A DNA stretch of 64,000 nt from an uncultured Planctomycetia bacterium (GTDB taxonomy: Bacteria; Omnitrophota; Gorgyraeia; B26-G9): positions 6,983 to 70,982 of the forward strand of contig CAYTGV010000009.1 in the NCBI GenBank assembly GCA_964437495.1, written 5' to 3'. The first letter of the stretch is position 1. Each line of letters begins with the position of its first letter. A program made the position numbers and the translations under genes. The notes below the pieces were generated by a model. That model was not told the DNA's origin. It was given only the letters and a program-made list of their open reading frames with translations, and made no database searches. This document shows, piece after piece, positions 29,512-40,307 of this stretch.

Positions 29512-30669
29512 TTAAAAGCTCGGCTCAATGCAGAAGGTCTTAAACTCCTTTGAACGCTTTAAACCGCCGATAATAAACATTAGATTTGTCATATATTTCA
29601 TCTTACACCAGGTAAAAAAGTGTTTATGCGGCTTCATCAAAAAACAAACATCAAAGTATTTTCTCATAAAATACAGAGTAAACATGCTCATTATAACCGT
29701 TAATCCGATAACAAAACCGCCAATTATTCCACTAAGCATTAGAATTAGACCAATCAGGGCGATAAGCGCACTCAAATGCATCATCTGAAAATTGCCGATA
29801 TAGATAAATCCTTTAACAGGGGAATTTATACTTATTAAAGGCAGCTTAGGCCAGGCACCAAAAATCTGAAAAACAATATCAAGTTTTTGGCTGGCATGTT
29901 TCACCAGCAAAGGCCCATGAGCCATGCCGTAGGTAACCCACACCTTTTTAAGTGCAGGGAAGTCTGCGCGGTGCATATGGTCGACTTTAGCATTGGGTTC
30001 AAAATAAAGCTTCCAGCCTTTTTGCTGTACTTGAAGTCCAAATTCCATATCTTCACCAGTTTTTTCATTCCAAAAGCGAGCATTTGCCTGATCTATAGCT
30101 ACTTTCCTGTATGCTGCATTAGCTGTAACAAAGAAATATGCTCGATGCCCGGCAATCTGAGTTGGGGATTTATCGCTCAAAGCAGGAAAATATCCGTCTT
30201 TAATTGTAAATCCATAACGCGGAGCAACCATATTAAAACGGAAATGTTCGCAATATAACTCAGTAAGATTATCCGGTTCAACCATAAGCGTATAAATTTC
30301 CCCGCCGACAATGCCAACATCAGCGTATTTGTCAAAGACAGCAAGCATATCTGTTATCCAGGTTTTACAGGGAGCACAGTCACCATCAGTAAAGAAAATA
30401 TATTCGCCTTTAACGACATCCAAGGCCTTATTTCTGGCAAATCCCGGCGATGGGCAATCCGGCACTTCTACAAGTTTTATAAAAGAATGTTTTTGTTGCC
30501 ATTTCTTAATCAATTCCAATGTAGAATCAGTGCTGCCGCCATCGGCAATCACCATTTCCATTTTCTCTCTAGGATAATCAACATTAAGTATATATTCAAA
30601 TGTCTTTTCAAGTGTACGTTCAGCGTTACGAACTGGAATGATAAGTGAAATAAATGGATTAATAGCCAA
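29512..30669 (-). CDS. Glycosyltransferase family 2 with C-terminal TM helices
   Basis: SLIIPVRN, DGGSTD, FTDGDC, GED; TTG start after AGGAGGA. Confidence 0.88.
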   Translation of the reverse strand: MAINPFISLIIPVRNAERTLEKTFEYILNVDYPREKMEMVIADGGSTDSTLELIKKWQQKHSFIKLVEVPDCPSPGFARNKALDVVKGEYIFFTDGDCAPCKTWITDMLAVFDKYADVGIVGGEIYTLMVEPDNLTELYCEHFRFNMVAPRYGFTIKDGYFPALSDKSPTQIAGHRAYFFVTANAAYRKVAIDQANARFWNEKTGEDMEFGLQVQQKGWKLYFEPNAKVDHMHRADFPALKKVWVTYGMAHGPLLVKHASQKLDIVFQIFGAWPKLPLISINSPVKGFIYIGNFQMMHLSALIALIGLILMLSGIIGGFVIGLTVIMSMFTLYFMRKYFDVCFLMKPHKHFFTWCKMKYMTNLMFIIGGLKRSKEFKTFCIEPSF

Positions 30670-30707
30670 CGTGTCCTCCTTGTTTTAAGTTTAAATTGTG
30701 AACATAT

Positions 30708-30737
30708 ATTATAAAATAATTAGCAGGCGAATGTCAA
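30708..30737 (-). promoter_or_regulatory. Sigma70-type promoter for GT2 gene
   Basis: TTGACA-18-TATAAT on minus strand. Confidence 0.6.
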
Positions 30738-30890
30738 TAAAAAACAGCAATTACTTTTAAAATAGAGCATATACCCATGGTTAGCCTGAAAATATGGACT
30801 CAAAGTATTGCGTCATATATTGAGAAATTTCAAAAATATAATAAGGGTTTTATAGGTCAAGACAGTGGCCCAAATATGCTAATTTAACTA

Positions 30891-30919
30891 TTGACTTGGT
30901 AAGAGCTTAGAGGTATACT
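30891..30919 (+). promoter_or_regulatory. Sigma70-type promoter for TonB-like gene
   Basis: TTGACT-17-TATACT. Confidence 0.7.
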
Positions 30920-30943
30920 TTTATTTAAGGAGTAAACTCAAGG

Positions 30944-31630
30944 ATGGGATCCACAAGTAACTTATTCAAAATTACTTTTTTATTTTCTTTGCTAGTGCAT
31001 GCTATTTTTTTCTTACCAATGCCTGAGCTAAAAAAACCAAAACAGTCTCAAATAAAAGAGCTCAAATTATCTTATTTAAGAGTGGATGCACCCCTTAAGA
31101 AAAGAACCGCTAAATTCCGGTATAAGAAGATCAAGCCTGAAGATAAACAGTCTCTAATTAAAAAACAACTTAATGCTAAATTGCCGAAAAATAAAGCTAT
31201 CAAAAAAAAATCCCTAAATAAAATCACTTCTAAAAAAGTAGAAAAAATCATCACGAAGCCGGATAATATTGTAAAGATTCAGTCCAATAATCAGCTATTA
31301 GCAAGCAAAGACGAGCTTGAGAAAAAAGATCTTTTTAAGAACAAAAGCTATATCAGTTATTATAAATTGATTAATGAACAACTGCGCCAGTCAGTGATTT
31401 ACCCATCTCATTTTTCTGAAGGAGAAATCGGCTTGAGTTTTGTGCTTGGCTCTGATGGAAAATTAAAAAATGTGCAGGTTATCAATAGCACTTCAAAAGA
31501 AAGTGAAATTCTTAAAGAAACCGCAATGCAAATTGTCAAAAGAGCATCGCCTTTTCCGCCATTTCCAAAAAATCTGCAACAAACACAGCTGACGTTTAAT
31601 ATTGTTTTTTGTTTTAAAGAGAACAGCTAA
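30944..31630 (+). CDS. TonB/TolA-like protein (N-terminal TM, Lys-rich linker, TonB C-terminal domain)
   Basis: SLLVHA TM motif; YP...GEIGLSFVLGSDG...ASPFPPFP. Confidence 0.8.
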   Translation: MGSTSNLFKITFLFSLLVHAIFFLPMPELKKPKQSQIKELKLSYLRVDAPLKKRTAKFRYKKIKPEDKQSLIKKQLNAKLPKNKAIKKKSLNKITSKKVEKIITKPDNIVKIQSNNQLLASKDELEKKDLFKNKSYISYYKLINEQLRQSVIYPSHFSEGEIGLSFVLGSDGKLKNVQVINSTSKESEILKETAMQIVKRASPFPPFPKNLQQTQLTFNIVFCFKENS

Positions 31631-31665
31631 TTAAAATCTAAATCACGCATTTTAAAAATTAGATC

Positions 31666-32388
31666 ATGTACAAAAAAAGATTTTACCGTACCCAAAATGT
31701 TGACCTGATTACTTTCAAGATAGAACATTTTGAAAGTAATCTGCAAATCTGCGCACAAACTGATCTAAGTAAAATTTCTCTTAAATATCTGCGAGGCTTT
31801 CATAAACAGGTAAGGAATTATTGTCAAGCCTATCCTGAGTTTGGAAAATCGCTCCAGCCGCTCAAGCTTAAAAGAGACGCGCCTGAAATTATTAGGACAA
31901 TGCATAAAGCCTCAAAGCTGGCAGCTGTCGGACCTATGGCTACTGTTGCCGGTGCAATAGCTGAAGCATTGGGTAGAAAACTCCTGAAACACAGCAGCGA
32001 AATAATTATTGAAAATGGCGGAGATCTTTTTATTGCTAGTGCAAAGGCAAGGAAAATAGGTATTTTTGCAGGCATAGGTAATGTTTATAACCAATTGGTA
32101 ATAAACATTAATCCTAAACAAAGTCCATGCGGCATATGCACATCAAGCGGTAAATTCGGGCACTCATTAAGCCTCGGGCAAAGTTGCGCAACAATAATTG
32201 TCTCAAAGTCATCGGCATTAGCTGATGGCTATGCAACAGCCTTTGGCAATATGGTAAAAACAGATGCTGATATTGCTTTTGCTTTAAAATCTGCGCGTAA
32301 TGAAAAAGATATTGATGGCATTATTATCATAACTAACTCAAAAATGGCAGCTTATGGTGATTTGGACTTTGATGTTCTTGACAAGTAG
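31666..32388 (+). CDS. UPF0280/ApbE-like protein
   Basis: VGPMATVAGAIA, ENGGD, GICTSSG..GHSLSLG, ALADGYATA. Confidence 0.85.
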   Translation: MYKKRFYRTQNVDLITFKIEHFESNLQICAQTDLSKISLKYLRGFHKQVRNYCQAYPEFGKSLQPLKLKRDAPEIIRTMHKASKLAAVGPMATVAGAIAEALGRKLLKHSSEIIIENGGDLFIASAKARKIGIFAGIGNVYNQLVININPKQSPCGICTSSGKFGHSLSLGQSCATIIVSKSSALADGYATAFGNMVKTDADIAFALKSARNEKDIDGIIIITNSKMAAYGDLDFDVLDK

Positions 32389-32406
32389 GCTTTTAATTGT
32401 TATAAT
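32378..32406 (+). promoter_or_regulatory. Consensus sigma70 promoter for rpsU
   Basis: TTGACA-17-TATAAT with extended TG. Confidence 0.85.
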
Positions 32407-32477
32407 CAAGAAACTTGTGTTTTTTCATTAAATATTTACTGATAAATATTTAAAATAAATAAAAAGGGGTGAGCAAA

Positions 32478-32651
32478 TTGGCAAAAGTAAGAGTTTCTAA
32501 AGGAGAACCGCTTGAAAAAGCGCTGAGGATCTTTAAGAAAAAGCTGGATAGGGAAGGCACACTCAAAGAGATGAGAGCCAAAAAACATTATGAAAAACCC
32601 AGCGAAAAGAAAAAAAGAAAAGCAAAAAATGCTAGAAGTGGACGAAGATAA
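32478..32651 (+). CDS. rpsU: 30S ribosomal protein bS21
   Basis: GEPLEKALRIFKKK...HYEKPSEKKKRK; start TTG 32478 or GTG 32469. Confidence 0.93.
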   Translation: MAKVRVSKGEPLEKALRIFKKKLDREGTLKEMRAKKHYEKPSEKKKRKAKNARSGRR

Positions 32652-32668
32652 CAACCTCAACTGCAAAT

Positions 32669-35299
32669 ATGTACAAAAAAAATAAATCCTACAGCTGCGC
32701 ACTTTTCCTGAGTATATTTTTAAGTCTTTATACCACCTCAGGGAATTGTGCGCAAAATTCTCTCTTTAATGTTGAAGCATCTGTTCCTGAAATACATGAA
32801 TATAATCTGAAAAATGGTTTGAATGTTTTAATGCAGGAAAAAGATGAAAACAATCTAGTTGCATTTGAAATTATTGTTAAAACCGGCAGCTTGTTTGAAG
32901 CAAATAAGCAGGGTTCCGGATTAGCCCATTTGCTTGAGCATATGGTCTTTAAAGGCACACACACTCGCGATGCGCTTGAAATAGATAATGATATCAAGGC
33001 ACTCGGCGGCTCAATTAATGGCTACACTTCATATCAGTTCACGGGTTTTACGCTGATACTTCCATCTGAAAACTTTGAGGCTGGTCTTGAGATATTAAGT
33101 GATATGCTAAAGGATCCGGTTTTTGATGAAAATGAGCTTAAAAAAGAAAAAGATGTGATCTTAAGCGAAATTAAGATGAACCGTGATAATCCACAAAGGT
33201 ATTTTCAAAGAGAATTCTGGAAACACGCATTCCCGATTTCTCCCTACAATTTGCCGGTTATCGGATTTAAACCATTATTTGCAGCGCTTACCAGGCAGGA
33301 TTTAGTAGAGTTTCACAATAAATGGTATATTCCTAACAATATGATTATTGCTGTTGCTGGAAATATTGACCCTGATGATGCTTTTATCAAAATAAAAGAG
33401 CATTTCAATGATCTCCCCATGGGAAATTTTCCGCAAATAACGCTACCGCAGATTCCACCTTTAAAATTAAGACAAAATTTTGAGATTGAATATAATGTTA
33501 CAATCGCACGTTTAATGCTTGGCTTTGCCAGTGTAGAACTTACTCACAAGGATTCCGCTGCACTTGATATAATAGCGACGCTTTTAGGCGCAGGCGAGAG
33601 TTCGCGTCTTTATACCCCTATTGTAAAACAAAAACAATTGGCTTATTCCATAAATGCTTTTAATTATACGCCCGGATTCCGAGGGGTTTTCGCCATAAAT
33701 TCAATACTAGATTTCAAAAACAAAGATATAGCCATAAAAGAGATTTTTAAAATCATAAATGACCTTAAAAGTAAACCAGTTACAAAATACGAACTGGAAA
33801 AAGCTAAAAATATCTATATTAGCGACTATGTATATTCCCAGGAGACAGTCGCCTCATTAGCCGGAACTCTAGCCAGCGATAAGGCCTATAGTAATAATGC
33901 CAATTTTTCGCAGAATTATTTAAAAGACCTCGCATCCATTACTCCAGAGGATATAAAGAGGTGCGCAAAAAAATATTTAACCGAGAGCGATTTTATTACG
34001 GTTATTTTAAAACCGCTTTCTACTAAAGCAATTGATCCACCCCCACAGATTAAAGAAAAAGCAACTGGGAAGGTAAGAAAAATAAAATTGGCGAACGGCC
34101 TGAGAGTTCTATTGAAAAAGGATAGCTCAATCCCGGCATTTTCTATGCAGGCAAGCTTCGGCGGCGGGACAAGATGGGAAAACAATTCAACAAACGGACT
34201 ATTTAATCTTCTGAGTGAAATGCTCTTAAGGGGCACAAAAAAACGAACGGCTGATAAGATTGCGCAGGAATTCGAGCAAATGGGTGCAGATATTTCCTCT
34301 TTTAGCGGATATAATAGTTTTGGCCTAAACATAAAAGCACTTAGTAAAGATATGACTATTGCCTTTGATGTTTTTTCCGACCTGATCTTGAATTCAAATT
34401 TTCCTGTTTCTGAGTTTGAAAATCAAAAACGATTGGCAGTCAAAGGCCTTGCACTTGAAGCTGATGATATTTTCCAAAACACTTTCAATTTACTAAAGGC
34501 TAATTTGTTTAATAATTACCCTTATCGATTAAGTTCCCTTGGCAATGCACAGGCAATAGAGGAGCTAAACACAACCGATCTTGAACTTGCTTATCAAAAA
34601 TTTGTTAATCCCGAAAATCTTATCCTGAGTATTTTTGGTGATTTTGATGAGAAAATAGTTGAAGAAATGATAAGACATAGGTTTTCAAAATTTAAATCAG
34701 TTTCCCTTCCAGAGACTCCTGTATTCAATGAAAAAACAATGCCAGGCCGTAAAATCGTCAACAATAAGCAGGCTAAAAAACAGGCCATATTAATGCTCGC
34801 ATTTCCAGGCTGCGATTTAAAGAGTCCTGATCGAGTACGCCTTGAATTCCTCAGTTCTCTGCTTAGCGACCCAGCATCTATCCTTTATGAAAATATTAGA
34901 GAAAAATATGGTTTTTCCTATACGCTTGGCGGAAGCACAATCTCAGGGTTAGATACCGGTTTTTTTTACATCTATGTGGCCACAAAACCTGACCTTATTG
35001 AGAAAGTAAATAAAATTGTTCTTGAGGAAATAGACAAGATCAAAAACGGAAACATTGATGAGGCGGATATCGCTTCAACAAAAGATTTTCTAATAGCTAG
35101 AAAAAGAATTGCGTCTGAATCAAATTTTGCATTAGGTTTCACTGTCTCTTTAAATGAACTTTACGGTTTAGGTATAGATTATCATGAAAGATACGAAGAA
35201 TTTATAAAAGAAATTGATAAAAACATGCTTATTGATACCGCTAACAAATACCTGGATATTAAAAAAAGTGTGACGATTATTACAAAGGATGAATTCTGA
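32669..35299 (+). CDS. M16 (pitrilysin-like) zinc metallopeptidase, exported
   Basis: Inverted HxxEH motif (HLLEHMVFKGT), duplicated M16 halves, signal peptide. Confidence 0.92.
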   Translation: MYKKNKSYSCALFLSIFLSLYTTSGNCAQNSLFNVEASVPEIHEYNLKNGLNVLMQEKDENNLVAFEIIVKTGSLFEANKQGSGLAHLLEHMVFKGTHTRDALEIDNDIKALGGSINGYTSYQFTGFTLILPSENFEAGLEILSDMLKDPVFDENELKKEKDVILSEIKMNRDNPQRYFQREFWKHAFPISPYNLPVIGFKPLFAALTRQDLVEFHNKWYIPNNMIIAVAGNIDPDDAFIKIKEHFNDLPMGNFPQITLPQIPPLKLRQNFEIEYNVTIARLMLGFASVELTHKDSAALDIIATLLGAGESSRLYTPIVKQKQLAYSINAFNYTPGFRGVFAINSILDFKNKDIAIKEIFKIINDLKSKPVTKYELEKAKNIYISDYVYSQETVASLAGTLASDKAYSNNANFSQNYLKDLASITPEDIKRCAKKYLTESDFITVILKPLSTKAIDPPPQIKEKATGKVRKIKLANGLRVLLKKDSSIPAFSMQASFGGGTRWENNSTNGLFNLLSEMLLRGTKKRTADKIAQEFEQMGADISSFSGYNSFGLNIKALSKDMTIAFDVFSDLILNSNFPVSEFENQKRLAVKGLALEADDIFQNTFNLLKANLFNNYPYRLSSLGNAQAIEELNTTDLELAYQKFVNPENLILSIFGDFDEKIVEEMIRHRFSKFKSVSLPETPVFNEKTMPGRKIVNNKQAKKQAILMLAFPGCDLKSPDRVRLEFLSSLLSDPASILYENIREKYGFSYTLGGSTISGLDTGFFYIYVATKPDLIEKVNKIVLEEIDKIKNGNIDEADIASTKDFLIARKRIASESNFALGFTVSLNELYGLGIDYHERYEEFIKEIDKNMLIDTANKYLDIKKSVTIITKDEF

Positions 35300-36228
35300 T
35301 GTTTAGCCTGTCTACATCATGGAACTGGGCCCAGTATAAAAACGGCCGTCAGCTTTTAGAAGAAATCAAAGGCCTTGGTTTTAAAAGTTTAGAGCTGGGT
35401 TATTCATTGTCAGAAGATATCATCGATGAAGTTATACGCATCAGGTCAGACAGTTCATTGAAAGTGTCCAGTATTCATAATTTTTGTCCAGTCCCCAAAG
35501 GCTATGTGCCTGGAAAATTCCTTCCAGATACTTTTTCTTTGTCAAGCCCGGATGATATACAGAGAAAAAAAGCCGTTGATCTAACTCTTAATTCTATGGA
35601 AACAGCAAAAAAGCTCCAGACCAAGGCGCTTATCATTCATGCCGGACGAGTAGAAATACCTTCGCGGACTAAAGACCTTATTACTCTTTATAAACAAGGG
35701 GCTTGGGGCCAACCGGTTTATGATGAACTGCTTAATGATATTAAAGCTCAAAGGGAGCAAAAGAAGTCAGTATATATCTGTGCAATAAAGCGGTCGCTTG
35801 AAACTTTATTAAAAAGAGCTAGTATCATGGATCTAATGCTTTGTATTGAAAACCGCTATTATTGGAGGGAAATACCATTATTAAGTGAAATCGGGGAATT
35901 ACTGGATGAATTCTCCACAAGCTCGAATCTTGGCTATTGGCATGATGTCGGACATGCTCAAGTAAATGATAATCTCGGCCTTGAAAGACATTTTGATTTT
36001 TTGGATAAATACCATACCTTTATGGTCGGCATGCATTTGCACGATATTCAAGGGGCTCAGGATCATCTGCCCCCGGGTACAGGAGTTTTTGATTTTACTC
36101 ACTTGAAACCTTACATAAAAAATAATACAATAAAGGTGCTCGAGATCCATCAACCGGCTACAGCCGCACAGGTCAAGGCATCATTAGGTTTTTTAAACGA
36201 TTTAGGGCTTGATATTACTGAAAAATGA
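35299..36228 (+). CDS. Sugar phosphate isomerase/epimerase (AP endonuclease 2 TIM barrel)
   Basis: IEN, WHDVGH, HLHD, DHLPPG.G, LE metal-binding pattern. Confidence 0.8.
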   Translation: MFSLSTSWNWAQYKNGRQLLEEIKGLGFKSLELGYSLSEDIIDEVIRIRSDSSLKVSSIHNFCPVPKGYVPGKFLPDTFSLSSPDDIQRKKAVDLTLNSMETAKKLQTKALIIHAGRVEIPSRTKDLITLYKQGAWGQPVYDELLNDIKAQREQKKSVYICAIKRSLETLLKRASIMDLMLCIENRYYWREIPLLSEIGELLDEFSTSSNLGYWHDVGHAQVNDNLGLERHFDFLDKYHTFMVGMHLHDIQGAQDHLPPGTGVFDFTHLKPYIKNNTIKVLEIHQPATAAQVKASLGFLNDLGLDITEK

Positions 36229-36236
36229 GACTTTAG

Positions 36237-37049
36237 ATGATTAGAAAAACTGTTTGGGCAGGACCAAGAAATTTTTATCCAGACAACCCTGAGTTCCTTA
36301 AAAAAACTATTCAAGAGTTGATTGACCCGAACCAAAAAAAAGAAGATTGTCTGGCTGTTTTAATGCCGCATGCAGGCTATATTTATTCAGGTAATGTTGC
36401 CGGCAAGACTATATCGGCTGTAAATATTCCGGATACAATAATCGTTTTAGCCCCGAATCATACGGGGCTGGGATTGCCTTACAGCCTACTTAGTAAAGGA
36501 TCCTGGCAGACTCCATTTGGGGATTTAAGCATACAAGAAGAATTAGCAGGCTTGATACTGGAAAACTCCGCATATTTCAGGTATGAAAAAGCTCCGCATA
36601 TAAAAGAACATGCAATTGAAGTGGAGATTCCTTTTCTGCAGTTCTTTAATAAAAATATTTCTATAGTACCGATCATTATTTCCGACTTTATATTGAGTAA
36701 CTATAAAAAGGCCGGACAGGAAATAGCAAATGCAATAAAAAAATTCGGCAAGCCGGTTCTGATTGTTATCAGTTCTGACCTAACGCATTATGAAACACAG
36801 GAGAATGCAAAAGAAAAAGATGCACAGGTTATTGAGGCCATCAAAGAGCTCGATGAAGATAAATTGTATAAAAGAGTAAATGCAAATAATATCTCTATGT
36901 GCGGATGCGCTCCGGCATGCGTGGGTATATATGCGGCTAAAAAACTCGGAGCAACACAGGCAGATTTAATCGATTATAAGACCAGCGGTGATGTAACTGG
37001 TGATTTTTCAAGTGTTGTTGGATATGCAGGCTTAATTATTAAACAGTAA
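36237..37049 (+). CDS. amrB: AmmeMemoRadiSam system protein B (MEMO1 family)
   Basis: PHAGYIYSG, PNHTG, EHAIEV, SSDLTHY, SMCG, VVGYAG. Confidence 0.92.
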   Translation: MIRKTVWAGPRNFYPDNPEFLKKTIQELIDPNQKKEDCLAVLMPHAGYIYSGNVAGKTISAVNIPDTIIVLAPNHTGLGLPYSLLSKGSWQTPFGDLSIQEELAGLILENSAYFRYEKAPHIKEHAIEVEIPFLQFFNKNISIVPIIISDFILSNYKKAGQEIANAIKKFGKPVLIVISSDLTHYETQENAKEKDAQVIEAIKELDEDKLYKRVNANNISMCGCAPACVGIYAAKKLGATQADLIDYKTSGDVTGDFSSVVGYAGLIIKQ

Positions 37050-37167
37050 TAAAATGCTTCATGTTAAATACATAAAACATTGAAAACTTCATTCAATAAT
37101 TTCTATTAAACCATGTCTTTAATTTTACGTATTAGGCGTGATATTAAAGGCGACTAAGGAGGATTTC

Positions 37168-37554
37168 ATGAGCGGAAAAAAGGTAGACGAAAGCTGGAAA
37201 GAGAAAGTGATACAGGAACAATCTACAGCACATCCGGAAGATGCCCCAACCAGCACAGAAAAAAATACGCAAGAGCCAAAAAAAGAAAATGATAATTTTG
37301 AGATGCCTCCGGTGGATTTTAATTTATTTATCAGCAGCTTGGGAATGCAGGCCTTAATGGCCCTGGGAGAAATTGAAAATCCTATGGACGGCAAGAAGGA
37401 TATTCAGCTACCGCAGGGAAAATACCTGGTCGATACACTGGAAATGCTGCAAGTAAAAACTAAGGGGAATCTTAGTCCACAAGAAGCTAATATGATCGAG
37501 AGTATGTTGTATGAGATACGCATGAAGTATCTCTCTCTTTCTAAGGATAAATAA
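37168..37554 (+). CDS. DUF1844-like protein
   Basis: KKVDESWKE; F..FISSLGMQALMALGEIENP...LQVKTKGNL...LYEIRMKY. Confidence 0.8.
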   Translation: MSGKKVDESWKEKVIQEQSTAHPEDAPTSTEKNTQEPKKENDNFEMPPVDFNLFISSLGMQALMALGEIENPMDGKKDIQLPQGKYLVDTLEMLQVKTKGNLSPQEANMIESMLYEIRMKYLSLSKDK

Positions 37555-37558
37555 ATAA

Positions 37559-37587
37559 TTGTAAAATAAGGATGTTATAGATATAAT
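37559..37587 (+). promoter_or_regulatory. Sigma70-type promoter for recA
   Basis: TTGTAA-17-TATAAT. Confidence 0.55.
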
Positions 37588-37609
37588 AATGAAAACTACG
37601 GAGGGGAAA

Positions 37610-38641
37610 ATGCAGAAAAAAAATAAAAAAACAGAGGCTCAGAATAATAGCACAGAAAACTCAGCTAAAGCAAAGGCTCTAGAGCTAGCGCTTAGTCATA
37701 TTGAAAAGCAATTTGGTAAAGGCTCAATAATGAAGCTTGGCCAAAATACTAAATTGGATATTGGAGTGATTCCCTCAGGAGCCTTAGGTCTAGATATTGC
37801 ACTAGGTGTCGGCGGCCTTCCTCGCGGCCGGGTAATTGAAATATATGGACCTGAAGCAAGCGGAAAAACTACCCTTTGTTTAAGCGCAGCGGCGGAGGCA
37901 CAAAAAACAGGCGGAGTTGCCGCGATTATTGATGCCGAACATGCTTTTGATCCAACCTATGCTAAAAAAATTGGATTAAATCTTGATGAATTACTTATTT
38001 CACAACCTGATACAGGAGAGCAGGCGTTGGAGATAGCTGAAACCCTGGTAAGAAGTAATGCCGTTGATATAATTATTATTGATTCTGTGGCAGCTTTAAC
38101 CCCAAGAGCGGAGATCGAAGGTGATATGGGAGATTCCCATATGGGATTACATGCCCGATTAATGTCACAGGCACTTCGGAAATTAACCGGGGCTATTTCT
38201 AAATCTAAAACCTGCGTAGTTTTCATTAATCAACTTAGAATGAAAATCGGTGTAATGTTTGGAAATCCGGAAACAACGACCGGGGGAAATGCCTTAAAAT
38301 TTTACGCATCAGTTCGTTTGGACATAAGAAGAATAGAAACGTTAAAGACACAAGACAGTGTTATCGGTTCACGTGTGAGGGTAAAAGTAGTCAAAAATAA
38401 GGTTGCTGCACCTTTTAAACAAGCTGAATTTGATATTATGTATTCTGAGGGAATATCCAAGGAATCAAATTTGCTTGATTTGGGGATCCGTAATGGGATG
38501 ATTCTTAAATCCGGCGCATGGTTTACAAGCGGCGAAGAAAAACTCGGACAAGGCAAGGAGAATGCTAAGGATTTTATAAGGGAAAATAAAAAGTTCGCTG
38601 CTGATCTCGAGAAAAAAATCAAACAGGCAGTTAAACTTTAA
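37610..38641 (+). CDS. recA: Recombinase RecA
   Basis: [43 protein letters not shown]; start after GGAGGGG. Confidence 0.98.
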   Translation: MQKKNKKTEAQNNSTENSAKAKALELALSHIEKQFGKGSIMKLGQNTKLDIGVIPSGALGLDIALGVGGLPRGRVIEIYGPEASGKTTLCLSAAAEAQKTGGVAAIIDAEHAFDPTYAKKIGLNLDELLISQPDTGEQALEIAETLVRSNAVDIIIIDSVAALTPRAEIEGDMGDSHMGLHARLMSQALRKLTGAISKSKTCVVFINQLRMKIGVMFGNPETTTGGNALKFYASVRLDIRRIETLKTQDSVIGSRVRVKVVKNKVAAPFKQAEFDIMYSEGISKESNLLDLGIRNGMILKSGAWFTSGEEKLGQGKENAKDFIRENKKFAADLEKKIKQAVKL

Positions 38642-38665
38642 TACCTCTTAAAAACAGGAGAAAAC

Positions 38666-40183
38666 TTGTTAAAGAAATCTAATAAATCAATCAGTTTATT
38701 CCTAATATTTGTTATTTATGTTTTTTTCACAGCTGTTGCACCGGCATACCCCCAGCAGCAAGACAAAAAAACTCTTACTGCTATGCAACAGTTAGAAGAT
38801 GCGGTTTCTAATGTGGCTGAAAACGCAGGCAACACAGTTGTGGGCATCAGTACACAAAGGAATAGACATGTAATATCATATTTCAGGAATCATGGTCATG
38901 AATTCCTTAATGATTTTTTCCGTACTTTCTTTTTTGGAGATTCCTCCAGTCCTGAGTATAAACAATTCGGCCTTGGATCCGGAGTGATCATAAGCCATGA
39001 TGGATATATAATAACAAATGAGCATGTTATATCCGGAGCTGATAAGATCATTGTAATCCTGGCTGACGGGCGTGAGTTTCAAGCAAAATTAAAGGGAGCT
39101 GAGTACCGAACGGATATTGCATTATTAAAAATAGATGTGTCTGATCTGCCTTATGCTGAGCTTGGGGATTCAAAGACTCTCAGAAGCGGTCAATGGGCTA
39201 TAGCAATCGGCAATCCTTATAGTTATGAAGTCTCCAGCTATAAGCCTGTGGCTACCTTTGGTATTATAAGCGCCTTAGGCAGAACTTTGCCCAAGTCTAA
39301 CAATTTAACCCGGGGATATCTTGACCTGATCCAAACTGACGCAGCTATAAACCCGGGAAATTCAGGGGGCCCATTGCTAAACATCCTGGGTGAAGTCATT
39401 GGAATTAATGTAGCTATTTCAAACAGTAATTCCTCTGGGATTGGTTTTGCCATTCCTATAAATGATGCCAAATCAGTTATTGAGAAGCTTTTACAAGGAG
39501 AAAAAATCCTCGGGGGATCACTTGGCATAGGCATTAGAGACATTAACTATATTATGGCAGAGCTCTTTGACCTGAAAAGAGCACAAGGTGCCTTAGTCCT
39601 AAAGGTATTAAAAGGCAGTCTAGCTGATAGCGCTGGATTGCGCTCACAGGATATAATCCTAAAATTTAACTCTGAGAAAGTTGAGAATACAATAGATTTT
39701 ATGAAAAAAATCAGCCGCGCAAAACAAGGAGATGAGATCAGACTTAAGATTCTTCGCAACTCCTTGCCCCGTCTAATAAGGATAAAACTCAGCGAAATAC
39801 CTAAAGAAATAGCCTCAGAACAAAGCCATGAGCTCTTGAGGGTCAAAAAGAAAAAAGCAGCGCCATCCAGAACTCTCAGGAATGATCAAAACAACAAAGA
39901 AACTTCCAAGACTCCGCTTAAAACCTGGAGGGGTATGAAAGTCGCTGAAATAACTAAGGAATTTGCTAATAATTTTGAAATCGATACAGATATTGGAGTT
40001 ATTGTAACTAAAGTGATTGAGGGCACTCCGGCAGAGCAGGCAGGAATAAAAGTAAAGGATATTATTACCCAAATAAATACTTTTAATATACAAACACTGG
40101 AAGATTACCTGTTTGCCACTTCAAAGGCTTTGGGCAAAGTGCTGATTAAAACTAATAGAGCATATTTAATGATACACGACTAA
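38666..40183 (+). CDS. htrA: HtrA/DegP-family serine protease with two PDZ domains
   Basis: Signal peptide, GSGVII, TNEHV, DIALLK, QTDAAINPGNSGGPL, two PDZ. Confidence 0.93.
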   Translation: MLKKSNKSISLFLIFVIYVFFTAVAPAYPQQQDKKTLTAMQQLEDAVSNVAENAGNTVVGISTQRNRHVISYFRNHGHEFLNDFFRTFFFGDSSSPEYKQFGLGSGVIISHDGYIITNEHVISGADKIIVILADGREFQAKLKGAEYRTDIALLKIDVSDLPYAELGDSKTLRSGQWAIAIGNPYSYEVSSYKPVATFGIISALGRTLPKSNNLTRGYLDLIQTDAAINPGNSGGPLLNILGEVIGINVAISNSNSSGIGFAIPINDAKSVIEKLLQGEKILGGSLGIGIRDINYIMAELFDLKRAQGALVLKVLKGSLADSAGLRSQDIILKFNSEKVENTIDFMKKISRAKQGDEIRLKILRNSLPRLIRIKLSEIPKEIASEQSHELLRVKKKKAAPSRTLRNDQNNKETSKTPLKTWRGMKVAEITKEFANNFEIDTDIGVIVTKVIEGTPAEQAGIKVKDIITQINTFNIQTLEDYLFATSKALGKVLIKTNRAYLMIHD

Positions 40184-40278
40184 CAAAGCAGTTCGTGATC
40201 TTGCGATGCACGACTAACAAAGCAGTTCATGATTTTGCGATGCACGACTAACAAAGCAGTTCGTGATCTTGCGATGCA
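40175..40278. repeat. Tandem direct repeat, 3 x 34 nt
   Basis: CACGACTAACAAAGCAGTTCGTGATCTTGCGATG at 40175, 40209 (2 mismatches) and 40243, no spacers. Confidence 0.95.
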
Positions 40279-40307
40279 TAAGCAATAGGAAAGGTTTATC
40301 GCATCAT

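Noticed and set aside
40175-40278. CRISPR array (34-nt palindromic repeats)
   Set aside because: Units abut with no spacers, and there are no cas genes in the window
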